Positions 16,919 through 26,665 are shown, counted from the first letter of the stretch. The stretch: 32,000 nucleotides of DNA from Kineococcus radiotolerans SRS30216 = ATCC BAA-149 (GCF_000017305.1 NC_009664.2:1020001-1052000), one strand, 5' to 3'. Notes: generated from the letters alone by a model not told the origin. Numbers and translations are program-made.

Positions 16919-18268
16919 GTGACTGAGGACGACCCCGCCCGCACCCCGGGCAGCGCAGGACCCACCGACCGGTTGTGGGCGGCCCCCACCGCCGCCGGCC
17001 CCCTGGACGCCGTGGTCGCCGTGCCCGGGTCGAAGTCGCTCACCAACCGCTACCTGGTGGTGGCGGCCCTGGCCGAGCGGCCCTCGCTGCTGCGCGGCCC
17101 GCTCGCCTCGCGCGACACGCTGCTCATGGTCGACGCCCTGCGCCTGCTCGGGGCCGACGTCGCCGAGGGCGGCCGCGACGCGCCGGGCGTGGACCCGGCG
17201 GACTGGGTGGTGCGACCGGGACCGGTCACCGGCGGCGCCCGGATCGACTGCGGCCTGGCCGGCACCGTGATGCGCTTCCTGCCCCCGGTGGCGGCCCTGG
17301 CCGAGGAGCCCGTCCACTTCGACGGCGACGACCGCGCCCGCGAGCGCCCGATGGGGGCGGTGCTCGACGGCCTGCGCCAGCTCGGCGCCCTCGTCGACGA
17401 CGGCGGCCGGGGGCTGCTGCCCTTCAGCGTCCAGGGCCCCGCGGGTGGCCTGCGCGGCGGGCCGGTCCGCATCGACGCCTCCGCCTCCAGCCAGTTCGTC
17501 TCCGCGCTGCTGCTGGTGGGGGCCCGGACCCGCGAGGGCCTGGAGCTGGTCCACGAGGGCCCGCCGGTGCCGAGCGAGCCGCACGTGCGGATGACGGTGG
17601 AAGTGCTGCGCGACGTCGGGGTCGTCGTGGACGACTCCACCCCCGGCCGGTGGTTCGTCGAGGCCGGGGAGATCAACCCCCTCGACGTGCAGGTCGAGCC
17701 GGACCTGTCCAACGCCGGTCCCTTCCTCGCCGCGGCCGCGGTCGCGGGCGGGCGGGTGCGCGTCCCGGGCTGGCCGCAGTCCACGACCCAGGCCGGGGAC
17801 CTGCTGCGCGACGTGCTGGACCAGATGGGCGCGGAGGTGAACCTGGACCGCGAGGGCCTCGTGGTCGAGGGCACCGGCGAGCTGTACGGCATCGACCTGG
17901 ACCTGCACGAGGCCGGTGAGCTGGCCCCGGTCATCACCGCCCTCGCCGCGCTGGCCTCCTCCCCGACCCGGCTGCGCGGCATCGCCCACCTGCGCGGGCA
18001 CGAGACCGACCGGCTGAAGGCGCTGGTCACCGAGGTCAACGCCCTGGGCGGTCAGGCCGAGGAGACGATCGACGGGCTGCTGGTGCGCCCGCGGCCGCTG
18101 CACGGCGGGGTGTTCCGCACCTACGCCGACCACCGGATGGCCACCGCCGGGGCGCTGCTGGGCCTCACCGTGCCCGGCGTCCTCGTGGAGGACGTCGCCA
18201 CCACCCGCAAGACGCTGCCGGACTTCCCCGGGATGTGGGCGTCCATGCTCGCCGGGACCCCGGCCTGA
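16919..18268 (+). CDS. aroA: 3-phosphoshikimate 1-carboxyvinyltransferase (EPSP synthase)
   Basis: VPGSKSLTNRYLVVAAL, LAGTVMRFL, SSQFVSALLL and DHRMATAGALL motifs. Length is 449 aa. Confidence 0.93.
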   Translation: MTEDDPARTPGSAGPTDRLWAAPTAAGPLDAVVAVPGSKSLTNRYLVVAALAERPSLLRGPLASRDTLLMVDALRLLGADVAEGGRDAPGVDPADWVVRPGPVTGGARIDCGLAGTVMRFLPPVAALAEEPVHFDGDDRARERPMGAVLDGLRQLGALVDDGGRGLLPFSVQGPAGGLRGGPVRIDASASSQFVSALLLVGARTREGLELVHEGPPVPSEPHVRMTVEVLRDVGVVVDDSTPGRWFVEAGEINPLDVQVEPDLSNAGPFLAAAAVAGGRVRVPGWPQSTTQAGDLLRDVLDQMGAEVNLDREGLVVEGTGELYGIDLDLHEAGELAPVITALAALASSPTRLRGIAHLRGHETDRLKALVTEVNALGGQAEETIDGLLVRPRPLHGGVFRTYADHRMATAGALLGLTVPGVLVEDVATTRKTLPDFPGMWASMLAGTPA

Positions 18269-19344
18269 GCCCGGGTCAGCGCGGTCCCCGCGCGCGCTGG
18301 GACGAGGACGACGTCCGGGTCCGGCCCAACCCGAAGGGGTCGCGGCCGCGGACCAAGGAACGCCCCGCGCACGCCGACGCCGTCGACGGGTTCGTCGTCG
18401 CCGTGGACCGCGGGCGCTCGTACTGCCTGGTCGGGGAGGGCACGCCGCAGCAGCGCGTCGTGCGGGCGATGCGCGCGCGCGAGCTGGGCCGGCAGGGCGT
18501 CGTCGTGGGCGACCGCGTCGGGCTCGTGGGCGACGTGTCGGGGACCCCGGACACCCTGGCCCGCATCGTCCGCATCGACGAGCGGCGCACCGCGCTGCGC
18601 CGCTCCGCCGACGACACCGACCCCATCGAGCGGGTCGTGGTCGCCAACGCCGACCAGCTCGTGGTCGTCACCGCCGTGGCGAACCCGGAGCCCCGGTCCC
18701 GGCTGGTGGACCGGTGCTTGGTCGCGGCCTACGTGTCGGGCATGCAGCCGCTGCTGTGCCTGACCAAGGGGGACCTGCGCCCGGCCGAGGAGGTGCTGGG
18801 GACGTGGGCCCCCTTCGGGCTGGACGCCGTGGTGACCTCGCGCGGGCCGGAGGGCCTGCTGGGGCTGGCGGAGGTCCGCGAGCGCCTGGAGGGGCGCACG
18901 AGCGTGCTCGTCGGGCACTCGGGGGTCGGGAAGTCGACCCTGGTGAACGCGCTGGTGCCCGACGCCGACCGCGCCACGGGCCACGTCAACGCCGTCACCG
19001 GCCGGGGGCGGCACACCTCGACGTCGATGGCGGCGCTGGCCCTGCCGGGCGGCGGGTGGGTGATCGACACCCCGGGCATCCGCGGCTTCGGGCTGGCCCA
19101 CGTCGACCCCGAGGCCGTGCTGCGCGCCTTCCCCGACCTGCTGCCCGGGGAGCGGGAGTGCCCGCGCGGCTGCACCCACGACGAACCCGACTGCGGCCTG
19201 GACGGGTGGGTCGCGCAGGGGCGCGCCGGGGCGGCGGGGGCGGTGCGGCTGGCCTCCTTCCGCCGGCTGCTGGCGGCCCGGCGGCCCGCGCGCGAGGACC
19301 AGGTCGGTCCCGACGAGCCGCCCGAGGTCCCTGTCGACGCCTGA
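18235..19344 (+). CDS. rsgA: Ribosome small-subunit-dependent GTPase A
   Basis: Circularly permuted GTPase: VVANADQLVVV, LTKGDL, GHSGVGKSTLVNAL, DTPGIRGF and a C-terminal Zn knuckle CPRGCTHDEPDC. ATG 18235 overlaps aroA by 34 nt. No better in-frame start is seen. Confidence 0.88.
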   Translation: MGVHARRDPGLSPGQRGPRARWDEDDVRVRPNPKGSRPRTKERPAHADAVDGFVVAVDRGRSYCLVGEGTPQQRVVRAMRARELGRQGVVVGDRVGLVGDVSGTPDTLARIVRIDERRTALRRSADDTDPIERVVVANADQLVVVTAVANPEPRSRLVDRCLVAAYVSGMQPLLCLTKGDLRPAEEVLGTWAPFGLDAVVTSRGPEGLLGLAEVRERLEGRTSVLVGHSGVGKSTLVNALVPDADRATGHVNAVTGRGRHTSTSMAALALPGGGWVIDTPGIRGFGLAHVDPEAVLRAFPDLLPGERECPRGCTHDEPDCGLDGWVAQGRAGAAGAVRLASFRRLLAARRPAREDQVGPDEPPEVPVDA

Positions 19345-19359
19345 CGCGGGTCGCGCGGG

Positions 19360-20022
19360 TCAGAGCAGGGTCGACCAGTAGGACCAGAACTTCGTGGCCA
19401 CCATGGCCAGCACGGCGGCGTAGCTGAGGACGACGAGCAGGCCGCGGTAGTCGACGACGGTGCGCGCCGCCCCGCGCAGGGCGGCGGGCACCGGCACCAG
19501 CCCGCGGTCGAGGCCGTCGGCGAGGTGGGTCCAGAAGGTCGGGATCACCACCGCCCACACGACCACGCAGTACGGGCACAGGGCGTGGATGGAGTACAGG
19601 CTCTGCACGACGAGCCAGCCGACGAAGACCATCCCGAGGGTGATCCCCAGCAGGTAGCCGCGCTCGACCCAGCGGGGCAGGGCGGTGCGCGAGAGCACGA
19701 GGACGCCGAGCGTCACCGAGACCGCGAAGGCCGCGATGCCGAGGAGCGGGTTGGGGAACCCGAACACGGCCGCCTGCTCCGTCTGCATGACGCTGCCGCA
19801 GGACAGGACGGGGTTGAAGCTGCAGCTGGGGACGTAGGCGGGGTCCTGGAGGAGCCTGATCCGCTCGACGGTGAGGGTGAAGGCCGCGACGAACCCCAGG
19901 ACGCCGCCGAGGACCAGCAGCAGCCCGCGGGTGCGCGGGGACACCGGCAGCGCGGACAGGTGCCCCTCGGGGGCGAGGTCGGAGCCCTCCTCGACGTCGG
20001 TCCGGTCCGTCGTGTCGGCCAT
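19360..20022 (-). CDS. Vitamin K epoxide reductase (VKOR) family disulfide-bond-forming membrane protein
   Basis: Loop cysteines [14 protein letters not shown] and active-site CPYC in a TM helix, with 4-5 TM segments. The start is ATG 20022 (MADTTDRT). Confidence 0.85.
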   Translation of the reverse strand: MADTTDRTDVEEGSDLAPEGHLSALPVSPRTRGLLLVLGGVLGFVAAFTLTVERIRLLQDPAYVPSCSFNPVLSCGSVMQTEQAAVFGFPNPLLGIAAFAVSVTLGVLVLSRTALPRWVERGYLLGITLGMVFVGWLVVQSLYSIHALCPYCVVVWAVVIPTFWTHLADGLDRGLVPVPAALRGAARTVVDYRGLLVVLSYAAVLAMVATKFWSYWSTLL

Positions 20023-20157
20023 GGGTCCCCTCCACCTCGCGTCCCGGGGTGGCGCCCACCCCGCTCCCAGCATCCTCGACGTGCCTGGGCGGCACCTGAA
20101 CGGGTCGCCGGGGCCGCGTCCGCGGCCGCGCGGGGCCCGGGCGGTAGGTTCGCGGGC

Positions 20158-20985
20158 GTGCCCGCCCCCACGACCGCCCCCGCCGGCCAGCGCCCCCGCT
20201 ACGACGACGACCTGCGCCTGGCCCACGTCATCGCCGACCAGGTCGACGGGGTGACCACCGACCGCTTCAAGGCCCAGGACCTGCGGGTGGACACCAAGCC
20301 CGACCTGACCCCCGTCAGCGACGCGGACCAGAGCGCCGAGGAGCTCATCCGCTCCCAGCTCCGGCGGACCCGCCCGCGCGACGCGGTGCTGGGCGAGGAG
20401 TTCGGCCTCGTCGGGCACGGGGCCCGGCAGTGGGTCGTGGACCCCATCGACGGGACGAAGAACTTCGTGCGGGGGGTGCCGGTGTGGGCGACGCTCATCG
20501 CCCTGCTCGACGACGGCGAGCCGGTGGTCGGGCTGGTCTCGGCGCCCGCGCTGGGCCGGCGGTGGTGGGCGGCGACGGGCTCGGGCGCCTGGACGGGACG
20601 CAGCCTGTCCGCGGCCTCGCGGATGTCGGTGAGCGCGGTGGCCGACCTGTCCGACGCGTCCTTCGCGTACTCCTCCCTCTCCGGCTGGGAGGAGTCGGGT
20701 TCGCTGGAGGGGTTCCTCGGCCTCTCCCGCGCGGTGTGGCGGACCCGCGGGTTCGGGGACTTCTGGTCCTACATGCTGCTGGCCGAGGGCGCGGTCGACA
20801 TCGCCGCCGAGCCGGAGCTGGCGCTGCACGACATGGCCGCCCTGGTGCCGATCGTCACCGAGGCCGGGGGGCGGTTCACCTCCCGCGCAGGGGTCGACGG
20901 CCCGCACGGCGGGAACGCCGTCGCCACCAACGGGTTGCTGCACGAGGCCGCGCTGGGCTTCCTGGGGACCCCCGCGCAGCCGTGA
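20158..20985 (+). CDS. hisN: Histidinol-phosphatase, inositol-monophosphatase family
   Basis: IMPase motifs [16 protein letters not shown] and WATLIALL, with an actinobacterial HisN-like N-terminus ([14 protein letters not shown]). The start is GTG 20158. Confidence 0.82.
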   Translation: MPAPTTAPAGQRPRYDDDLRLAHVIADQVDGVTTDRFKAQDLRVDTKPDLTPVSDADQSAEELIRSQLRRTRPRDAVLGEEFGLVGHGARQWVVDPIDGTKNFVRGVPVWATLIALLDDGEPVVGLVSAPALGRRWWAATGSGAWTGRSLSAASRMSVSAVADLSDASFAYSSLSGWEESGSLEGFLGLSRAVWRTRGFGDFWSYMLLAEGAVDIAAEPELALHDMAALVPIVTEAGGRFTSRAGVDGPHGGNAVATNGLLHEAALGFLGTPAQP

Positions 20986-21758
20986 ACCCCGCCGTCGTCG
21001 TCGACCCCCGCGCCCGGCGGCTGCTGGTCTGGGAGGTCCTCGCCGTCTTCGCCGTCTCGCTGGGGATGAGCGGGGTCCGGGCGCTGGTGCGGTTCGTGGG
21101 GATCCTCACCGCGCCGGAGGCGATCAACGCCCAGACCTCCACGGTGCTCGGCAGCTACGCCCCGGACCGGCCGTGGCTGGACCTCGCCCTGCAGCTGGTG
21201 GCGATCGCGTCGGGGCTGGCCCCGGTGTTCCTCGTCGGGTACCTCATGGCCCGCGGCGGGGAGTCGCTGCGGACGCTGGGCTTCGACGGGCGCCGGCTGG
21301 GGCGGAACGTGCTGGCGGGGCTGGGGCTGGCCGCGGTCATCGGCGGCTGCGGCCTCGCGCTCTACCTCGGCGCCGTCGCCGCGGGGATCAACACGAACGT
21401 CGCCGCGTCCACCCTGCCCGACGTGTGGTGGGCGGTGCCGGTCTCGGTGATGGCGGCCGCGGAGAACGGGGTCCTGGAGGAGGTCCTCGTCGCCGGGTAC
21501 CTGCTGCACCGGCTGTCGCAGCTGGGGTTCCGCTGGTTCCCCGCGCTGGCGGTGAGCGCGCTGCTGCGCGGTTCCTACCACCTGTACCAGGGCCTGGGCG
21601 GGTTCATCGGCAACGTCGCGATGGGCTTCGTGTTCGGGTGGGTGTACCAACGCTGGGGCCGCACGACCCCGCTGGTCGTGGCGCACACCGCCATCGACGT
21701 CGTCGCGTTCGTCGGGTACGCGGCCCTGGTCGGGAAGGTGGGCTGGCTACCCGGGTAG
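20982..21758 (+). CDS. CPBP (CAAX) family intramembrane glutamic endopeptidase
   Basis: Multi-TM protein with [12 protein letters not shown] (EExxxR-type motif 1), RGSYHLYQG (motif 2 His) and AHTAIDV (motif 3 His). GTG 20982 overlaps the hisN stop (GTGA). Confidence 0.78.
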   Translation: MNPAVVVDPRARRLLVWEVLAVFAVSLGMSGVRALVRFVGILTAPEAINAQTSTVLGSYAPDRPWLDLALQLVAIASGLAPVFLVGYLMARGGESLRTLGFDGRRLGRNVLAGLGLAAVIGGCGLALYLGAVAAGINTNVAASTLPDVWWAVPVSVMAAAENGVLEEVLVAGYLLHRLSQLGFRWFPALAVSALLRGSYHLYQGLGGFIGNVAMGFVFGWVYQRWGRTTPLVVAHTAIDVVAFVGYAALVGKVGWLPG

Positions 21759-22628
21759 GACGACCACCGGCACCGGCGCGTGGCGCAGGATCCTCGTGGC
21801 GCGCGAGCCGAGGAACACCCGGGCCACCGGGCCGTGGGGCCGCGACCCGACGACGAGCAGCTCCCCCGGCTCCCAGTCGACGGCGTCGAGGGCCTCCCGC
21901 CAGCCCTGCCCGGCGCCGACGGCGGTCTCGGCCTCCGGCGGCAGCGCCCCCTCCTCGCTCAGCACCCGCAGGCTGCGGTGGGCCTGCTCGGTCCAGGCGT
22001 CGAGGACCTCCTCCTCGGCGCGCGGGCCCAGCACGGAGACCGCGGGCGCCCACGGCGCCGGGCCGCGCACGGCGAGGGTCAGCACCCGCAGCCGCGCCCC
22101 GACCCGGTCGGCGAACCGGCGGGCGCGGGCCACGACCTCCCCGTCCTCCCCCGCCGCGGCGCAGGTGACGCGCGGGGTCCCCGCTCCCCCGCCGCGGTGG
22201 CCGCGGGGGGCGAGGGCCACCGACAGCGGCGAGGAGTGCAGGAGGCGGCCGGCGGTGGAGCCCACGACGACCTGACCGGGCCGGCCCCGCGGGGAGGACC
22301 CCAGGACCAGCGCGGCGGCCCCGGTGCCGGCGGCGAGGTCGACGAGGGTCGCCGGGACGGAGCGGCCGGGGCGGGCCAGGAAGCGCACCTCCGCCCCGGG
22401 GGCGGTCCGGGCGAGGTGGGCGCGCGCGGAGGACTCGGCCGAGGCGGCCAGCACCGCGGACCACCCCTCGAGCTGCGCGTCGACGGTCGCGGGCGTGGTC
22501 GCGTCCCACGGCCCGGGCAGCACGGTCGCCACCGACAGCGGGACCCCGAGGCCCCGGGCCAGCTGCGCGGCGAGGTCGAGCGTCGCGCGCCCGCCCTTCC
22601 CGGGCAGGTAGGCGGCGAGGACGGTCAC
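21747..22628 (-). CDS. Universal stress protein, tandem Usp domains
   Basis: Two Usp-like halves end in ALVLGSSPRGRPGQVVVGSTAGRLLHSSPLSVALAP and [36 protein letters not shown]. The start is uncertain (GTG 22628 or GTG 22721). It overlaps the CPBP gene end convergently by 12 nt. Confidence 0.75.
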   Translation of the reverse strand: MTVLAAYLPGKGGRATLDLAAQLARGLGVPLSVATVLPGPWDATTPATVDAQLEGWSAVLAASAESSARAHLARTAPGAEVRFLARPGRSVPATLVDLAAGTGAAALVLGSSPRGRPGQVVVGSTAGRLLHSSPLSVALAPRGHRGGGAGTPRVTCAAAGEDGEVVARARRFADRVGARLRVLTLAVRGPAPWAPAVSVLGPRAEEEVLDAWTEQAHRSLRVLSEEGALPPEAETAVGAGQGWREALDAVDWEPGELLVVGSRPHGPVARVFLGSRATRILRHAPVPVVVLPG

Positions 22629-22748
22629 GGGGGTGATCGTGCCCGTGGCGGCGGGAGGTGCGCACCTCGGGGAGGACGTGTGCGCGCGCCCTCCCGGCGT
22701 GACCAGCCCCTGCGGCGTCACCTACGGTGGCCGGGTCCCGGGACGTCG

Positions 22749-23867
22749 ATGTCCGTTCTCGATCCCCTGAGGAGCCGCTCCCCCGTGAACATCAGCACCT
22801 CCGTCTGGCTCACCCTGGCCGTCGCCGCGGTCTCGGCCGCGCTGGCCGCCCTGCTCGGTGAGGCCGTCGCCCTCGGCGTGCGCCGGCTGGGCCGCAAGCG
22901 CGAGATCCTCGCGACGCTGGCCCAGCGCGGTCGCCGTCCGCTGGCGGGTTTCCTCGCGACGCTGGCGGCCCGGACCTCCCTCGGCGTCTACACCCGGGCG
23001 GCCGACTGGCGGGACCCGACGTTCTCCGTCCTCAACCTGCTGACGGTCGCCTTCGCCGCCTGGCTGGCCGTCGTCGCCGTGAACGTCGTGCAGGACGTGG
23101 CCCTGCTGCGCTACCGCATCGACGTCGCCGACAACCGCCGCGCCCGCCAGCGCCGGACCCAGGTCACCCTGGTGCGGCGCGTGGTGGTGGCGCTGATCGT
23201 GGTGGTCGCCGTGGCCTCCGTGCTGCTGACGATCCCCGGCGCGCGCGGGGTCGGGACGAGCGTGCTGGCCTCGGCGGGGCTGCTGTCGGTGGTGGCCGGC
23301 CTCGCCGCGCAGACGTCGCTGGCCAACATCTTCGCGGGGTTGCAGATCGCGTTCACCGACGCCATCCGCGTCGACGACGTCGTCGTCGTCGAGGAGGAAT
23401 GGGGGAACATCGAGGACATCACCCTCACCTACGTCGTGGTCCGGTTGTGGGACCAGCGCCGGCTCATCCTGCCCTCGACGTACTTCACGACGACCCCGTT
23501 CGCGAACTGGACGCGGAACTCCTCCGACATCGTGGGTGCCGTCGAGCTCGACGTCGACTGGAACGTCCCGGTGGAGCGGTTGCGTTCGCACGCAGAAGCT
23601 TTCGTGAAGGACCACCCGTTGTGGAACGGCCAGACGTACGTCCTGCAGGTGACCGAGGCGAGGAACTCGTTCGTCACCCTGCGGGTGCTGGTCAGCGCGG
23701 ACTCCGGCGGGGAACTGTTCGACCTGCGCTGCGCGGTGCGCGAGGAGCTCGTCGGGTTCCTGCGCCGGGAGCACCCCGACGCGCTGCCGAGGCTCAGGGT
23801 CGCGACCCCGCCGCCGGTGCACCTGCCGCAGCAGCACGACGGGCGGCGGTCCCCGCACGGGGTGTGA
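22749..23867 (+). CDS. Mechanosensitive ion channel (MscS) family protein
   Basis: TM helices followed by the MscS pore/beta-domain signature AGLAAQTSLANIFAGLQIAFTDAIRVDDVVVV and GNIEDITLTYVVVRLWDQRRLILPSTYF. The start is ATG 22749. Confidence 0.88.
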   Translation: MSVLDPLRSRSPVNISTSVWLTLAVAAVSAALAALLGEAVALGVRRLGRKREILATLAQRGRRPLAGFLATLAARTSLGVYTRAADWRDPTFSVLNLLTVAFAAWLAVVAVNVVQDVALLRYRIDVADNRRARQRRTQVTLVRRVVVALIVVVAVASVLLTIPGARGVGTSVLASAGLLSVVAGLAAQTSLANIFAGLQIAFTDAIRVDDVVVVEEEWGNIEDITLTYVVVRLWDQRRLILPSTYFTTTPFANWTRNSSDIVGAVELDVDWNVPVERLRSHAEAFVKDHPLWNGQTYVLQVTEARNSFVTLRVLVSADSGGELFDLRCAVREELVGFLRREHPDALPRLRVATPPPVHLPQQHDGRRSPHGV

Positions 23868-23937
23868 CCCAGGTCTCAGTGCCGTTCCGGGACCGGGTGC
23901 TCAAGGAGGGGCGGGGCGGGCGACGACACACAGGCAC

Positions 23938-24624
23938 GTGCCTGCTCCCGCCCTCGTCCCCGCCCTCGGCCTCGTGGCCGCCGCCATCGGCATCCTCACC
24001 GGTGTCCCGCAGGTCCTGCGCCTGCTGAGGAACCCCGACGCCAGCGGGCTGTCGTACTCCTCGGCGATCCTGGGCGTGCTGTCCTCGGCGACGTGGCTCA
24101 CCTACGGCACGCTGCTCCTGGACCCCGCGCAGCTGGTCGCCAACGTGCCCGGCCTGGGCTGCGCGGTCGTCACCGTGGTGCTGGCCGCGCGGCGGCTGGG
24201 GGTGGCGCTGACCCCGGCGCTGGCCGCGACGCTGGCCTGGGTGCCGGTCGTCGTCGGCGCCCACGTGGCCGGCGGGGCCGCGGCGGTCGGGGCGGTCGCC
24301 ACCGCCGTGTCGCTGGTGCGGATGCTCCCGCAGGTCCGCACCGTCCTGCGCCGCGAACCCCTGCACGGCCTGGCGCCGGCCGGGTTCGTCCTCACCCAGG
24401 TCTCGGCCGCGCTGTGGACGGTCTACGGCTGCGCGACCGGGCAGGTCTCGGTGGTCGTCTGCTCCGCGGTCTCCGCGGTCCTCGCCGGGATCGTGCTCTC
24501 CCGCTGCTGCCCGCCGCTGGCGGTGGCCCGCGCCCTGCACTCCGGGCGCTTCGGCCTCCCCGGGCGGCTGCTGGTGCGGCCGCTGGTCCTGCTCCGCCGC
24601 GCCACCCTCACCCTGGCCGCCTGA
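23938..24624 (+). CDS. Double PQ-loop (SWEET/SemiSWEET-related) 7-TM membrane protein
   Basis: Two internal repeats each carry a PQ motif (GVPQVLRLLRN, MLPQVRTVLRR) and LW/WLxYG (WLTYG, LWTVYG), joined by one linker helix. This gives a 3+1+3 TM layout. Confidence 0.7.
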   Translation: MPAPALVPALGLVAAAIGILTGVPQVLRLLRNPDASGLSYSSAILGVLSSATWLTYGTLLLDPAQLVANVPGLGCAVVTVVLAARRLGVALTPALAATLAWVPVVVGAHVAGGAAAVGAVATAVSLVRMLPQVRTVLRREPLHGLAPAGFVLTQVSAALWTVYGCATGQVSVVVCSAVSAVLAGIVLSRCCPPLAVARALHSGRFGLPGRLLVRPLVLLRRATLTLAA

Positions 24625-24660
24625 CCGCCTCCCCCGGCCCCGCCGGGACCCTCCGCGCGT

Positions 24661-25140
24661 TCACGGCCGGTGGGCCGGCGCTCGGCGCCGGAGGGTCTTG
24701 GCCAGGTGCACGAGGGGGACGCCGCGGTCGTCGGCGCTCTCCGCCGTGCGGGTGTACCCGGCCCGCTCGTAGCGGGCGACGTTCTCCGCCGACCCGCCCC
24801 CGGTGAACAGCCGGAACTCCGAGACCGACTGCGGCGCAGCGTCCTCCGCCGCCCGCAGCAGTTCCGTCCCCAGTCCCCGCCGCTGCTGGTCGGGGGCGAC
24901 GGCGAGCCGGCCCACGTGGCCGGTCGCCCCCTCCACCCGCACCCGCACCGACCCCACGACCCGACTGCCGCGCAGCGCGACCAGCACGACCTGGTCCGCG
25001 ATCGCCGCCCGCACCGCGTCGAGGTCCTCGCGCAGCGGGGGCAGGAACGGGTCGCCGTAGCGCTGGGCCTCGGCGACGAAGGCCGCGCGCTGGACGGTGA
25101 GCAGTTCCCCCGCGTCCTCGTCCAGCGCGCGACGGATCAC
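24661..25140 (-). CDS. GNAT family N-acetyltransferase
   Basis: Acetyl-CoA motif A RLAVAPDQQRRGLGTELL, with beta-strands before and ERAGY after. GTG 25140 overlaps the upstream zwf-like stop (GTGA). Confidence 0.82.
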   Translation of the reverse strand: MIRRALDEDAGELLTVQRAAFVAEAQRYGDPFLPPLREDLDAVRAAIADQVVLVALRGSRVVGSVRVRVEGATGHVGRLAVAPDQQRRGLGTELLRAAEDAAPQSVSEFRLFTGGGSAENVARYERAGYTRTAESADDRGVPLVHLAKTLRRRAPAHRP

Positions 25141-26579
25141 GACCTCAGGAACCACTGCCCCGGTTCCGCGAGCGCGTCGGCGGCTTCCGGGCCCCAGGTG
25201 CCCGGCGCGTAGGGCAGCACCGCGGGGCGGTCGTTCGAGAACCGCTCGATGCAGGTCCACGCCGCGCGCAGGCCCTCGACCCCGGTGAACAGCGACCGGT
25301 CGCCGGTGAGGACGTGCTCGATGAGGTGGACGTAGGGCAGGGCGGGTTCGCCCAGCCCGGCCAGCGGCAGCGTCGCCGTCCCCTGCGTCGTGCCCCCGGC
25401 CACGCCCGGCTCGCGCACGGTCAGCGCCACGTCGACCGCGCCGCCCTCGAGCAGCGAGAAGCTGATGGTCGAGGGCGCCGTCGCGGACCCGGCGTAGGGA
25501 CCGTCCTCGGGGGTCCTCAGGACGAGGGTGACCCGCTGCTCGTCGGCGGTCATCCTCTTGCCCGAGCGCAGCAGGAACGGCACCCCGCGCCAGCGGTCGT
25601 TGTCGATCCACACCCGCGCCGCGGCGAGGGTGTCGGTCGTGGAGTCGTCGGGGACGCCGTCGATGTCGGTGTAGCCCTCGAACTGCCCCAGCACCACCTC
25701 GGCCGGGTCCAGCTCGCGGAAGTCCTGCAGCGCGGCGTCGCGCGCGGCCTGCAGGGCCCCGGGGCCGAGGTCGGCGGGGGGTTCCATGGCGACCGTGGCG
25801 GCCATCTGGAACAGGTGGGTCACGATCATGTCCAGGAACGCGCCGGTCGCGTCGTAGAAGCTTGCGCGCTGGGCGACGTCGAGGGTCTCGGCGACGTCGA
25901 CCTGGACCTGCGCGACGTGCTCGCGGTTCCAGATCGAGGCCAGCCACGGGTTGGCGAACCGGGCGTGCATGACGTCCTGCTGCGCCTCGAAGGCCAGGAA
26001 GTGGTCGATGCGGAAGACCTGGGACTCGTCGAACACCCGCTGGACCTCGGCGTCGAGCTCCTCGAAGCTCGCCAGCGAGGTGCCGTAGGGCTTCTCGTAG
26101 ACGACGCGGGAACCCTCGACGAGACCGTGCGCCTCGAAGCCCTTCGTGGTGTCCAGGAAGGCCCCCGGCGGGATGGCCAGGTAGTGCACCAGCTCCGCCT
26201 CGCCCCCCAGCGCCTCGCGGGCCTGCGCCAGGACCCCGGGCAGCTCGCCCGAGTCGGCCTCGGTGAACCCGCCCCCGGCGAACAGCAGGTTCGCGGCGAA
26301 CTCGTCCCAGGGGCCGTCGGCGGGCTGCGGGCCGAACTCCTCCAGCGCCTCGCGGATGAAGTCGCGGAACTCCTCGTGGGTCTTCTCCCCCCGCCCGCAC
26401 CCGATCAGGCGCCACTGCCGGGGCAGCCGGCCCAGGCGGGCGAGCTCGAAGAAGGCCGGGGAGACCAGCCGGCGGGAGAGGTCGCCGGTGGCGCCGTACA
26501 TCACGAAGATCGTGGGCTGCTCCGGGCCGGACCCGTCGGCCGGGCTGCCGGACTGCGCTGTCTGCGGTGCGGTGGTCAC
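25137..26579 (-). CDS. zwf: Glucose-6-phosphate dehydrogenase family protein (divergent paralogue)
   Basis: GATGDLSRR dinucleotide motif, EKPYG, RIDHFLAFE (canonical RIDHYLGKE), THLFQMAATVAMEPP and RWRGVPFLLRSGKR. The start is GTG 26579 (VTTAPQTAQ...). No opcA follows. Confidence 0.8.
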   Translation of the reverse strand: MTTAPQTAQSGSPADGSGPEQPTIFVMYGATGDLSRRLVSPAFFELARLGRLPRQWRLIGCGRGEKTHEEFRDFIREALEEFGPQPADGPWDEFAANLLFAGGGFTEADSGELPGVLAQAREALGGEAELVHYLAIPPGAFLDTTKGFEAHGLVEGSRVVYEKPYGTSLASFEELDAEVQRVFDESQVFRIDHFLAFEAQQDVMHARFANPWLASIWNREHVAQVQVDVAETLDVAQRASFYDATGAFLDMIVTHLFQMAATVAMEPPADLGPGALQAARDAALQDFRELDPAEVVLGQFEGYTDIDGVPDDSTTDTLAAARVWIDNDRWRGVPFLLRSGKRMTADEQRVTLVLRTPEDGPYAGSATAPSTISFSLLEGGAVDVALTVREPGVAGGTTQGTATLPLAGLGEPALPYVHLIEHVLTGDRSLFTGVEGLRAAWTCIERFSNDRPAVLPYAPGTWGPEAADALAEPGQWFLRS

Positions 26580-26665
26580 CCGCGCACCGTATTGCCTCCG
26601 GGCCGGGGCCGCGCCCCTGCCCGCGCCCTTGCCCGCGCCCGGCCGGCGCGGTCTAAGGTGTCCCC

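Noticed and set aside
20046-20062. Small hairpin GGGGTGG-cgc-CCACCCC in the VKOR 5' region
   Set aside because: It has only a 7-bp stem and a 3-nt loop in GC-rich DNA, which is easily a chance occurrence. There is no supporting context.
23182-23190. Second TGGTGGTGG in the window, considered as another Trp-rich leader
   Set aside because: It lies inside the MscS gene and is read there as GTG GTG GTG (VVV) in the coding frame. It is not a Trp run. This shows that the 9-mer alone is not diagnostic.
23931-23944. Perfect 14-bp palindrome CAGGCACGTGCCTG overlapping the PQ-loop gene start codon, considered as an operator
   Set aside because: One or two perfect 14-bp palindromes are expected by chance in 32 kb of biased sequence (about 4^-7 per position). 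There is no second copy or partner regulator nearby. I kept it only as a note.
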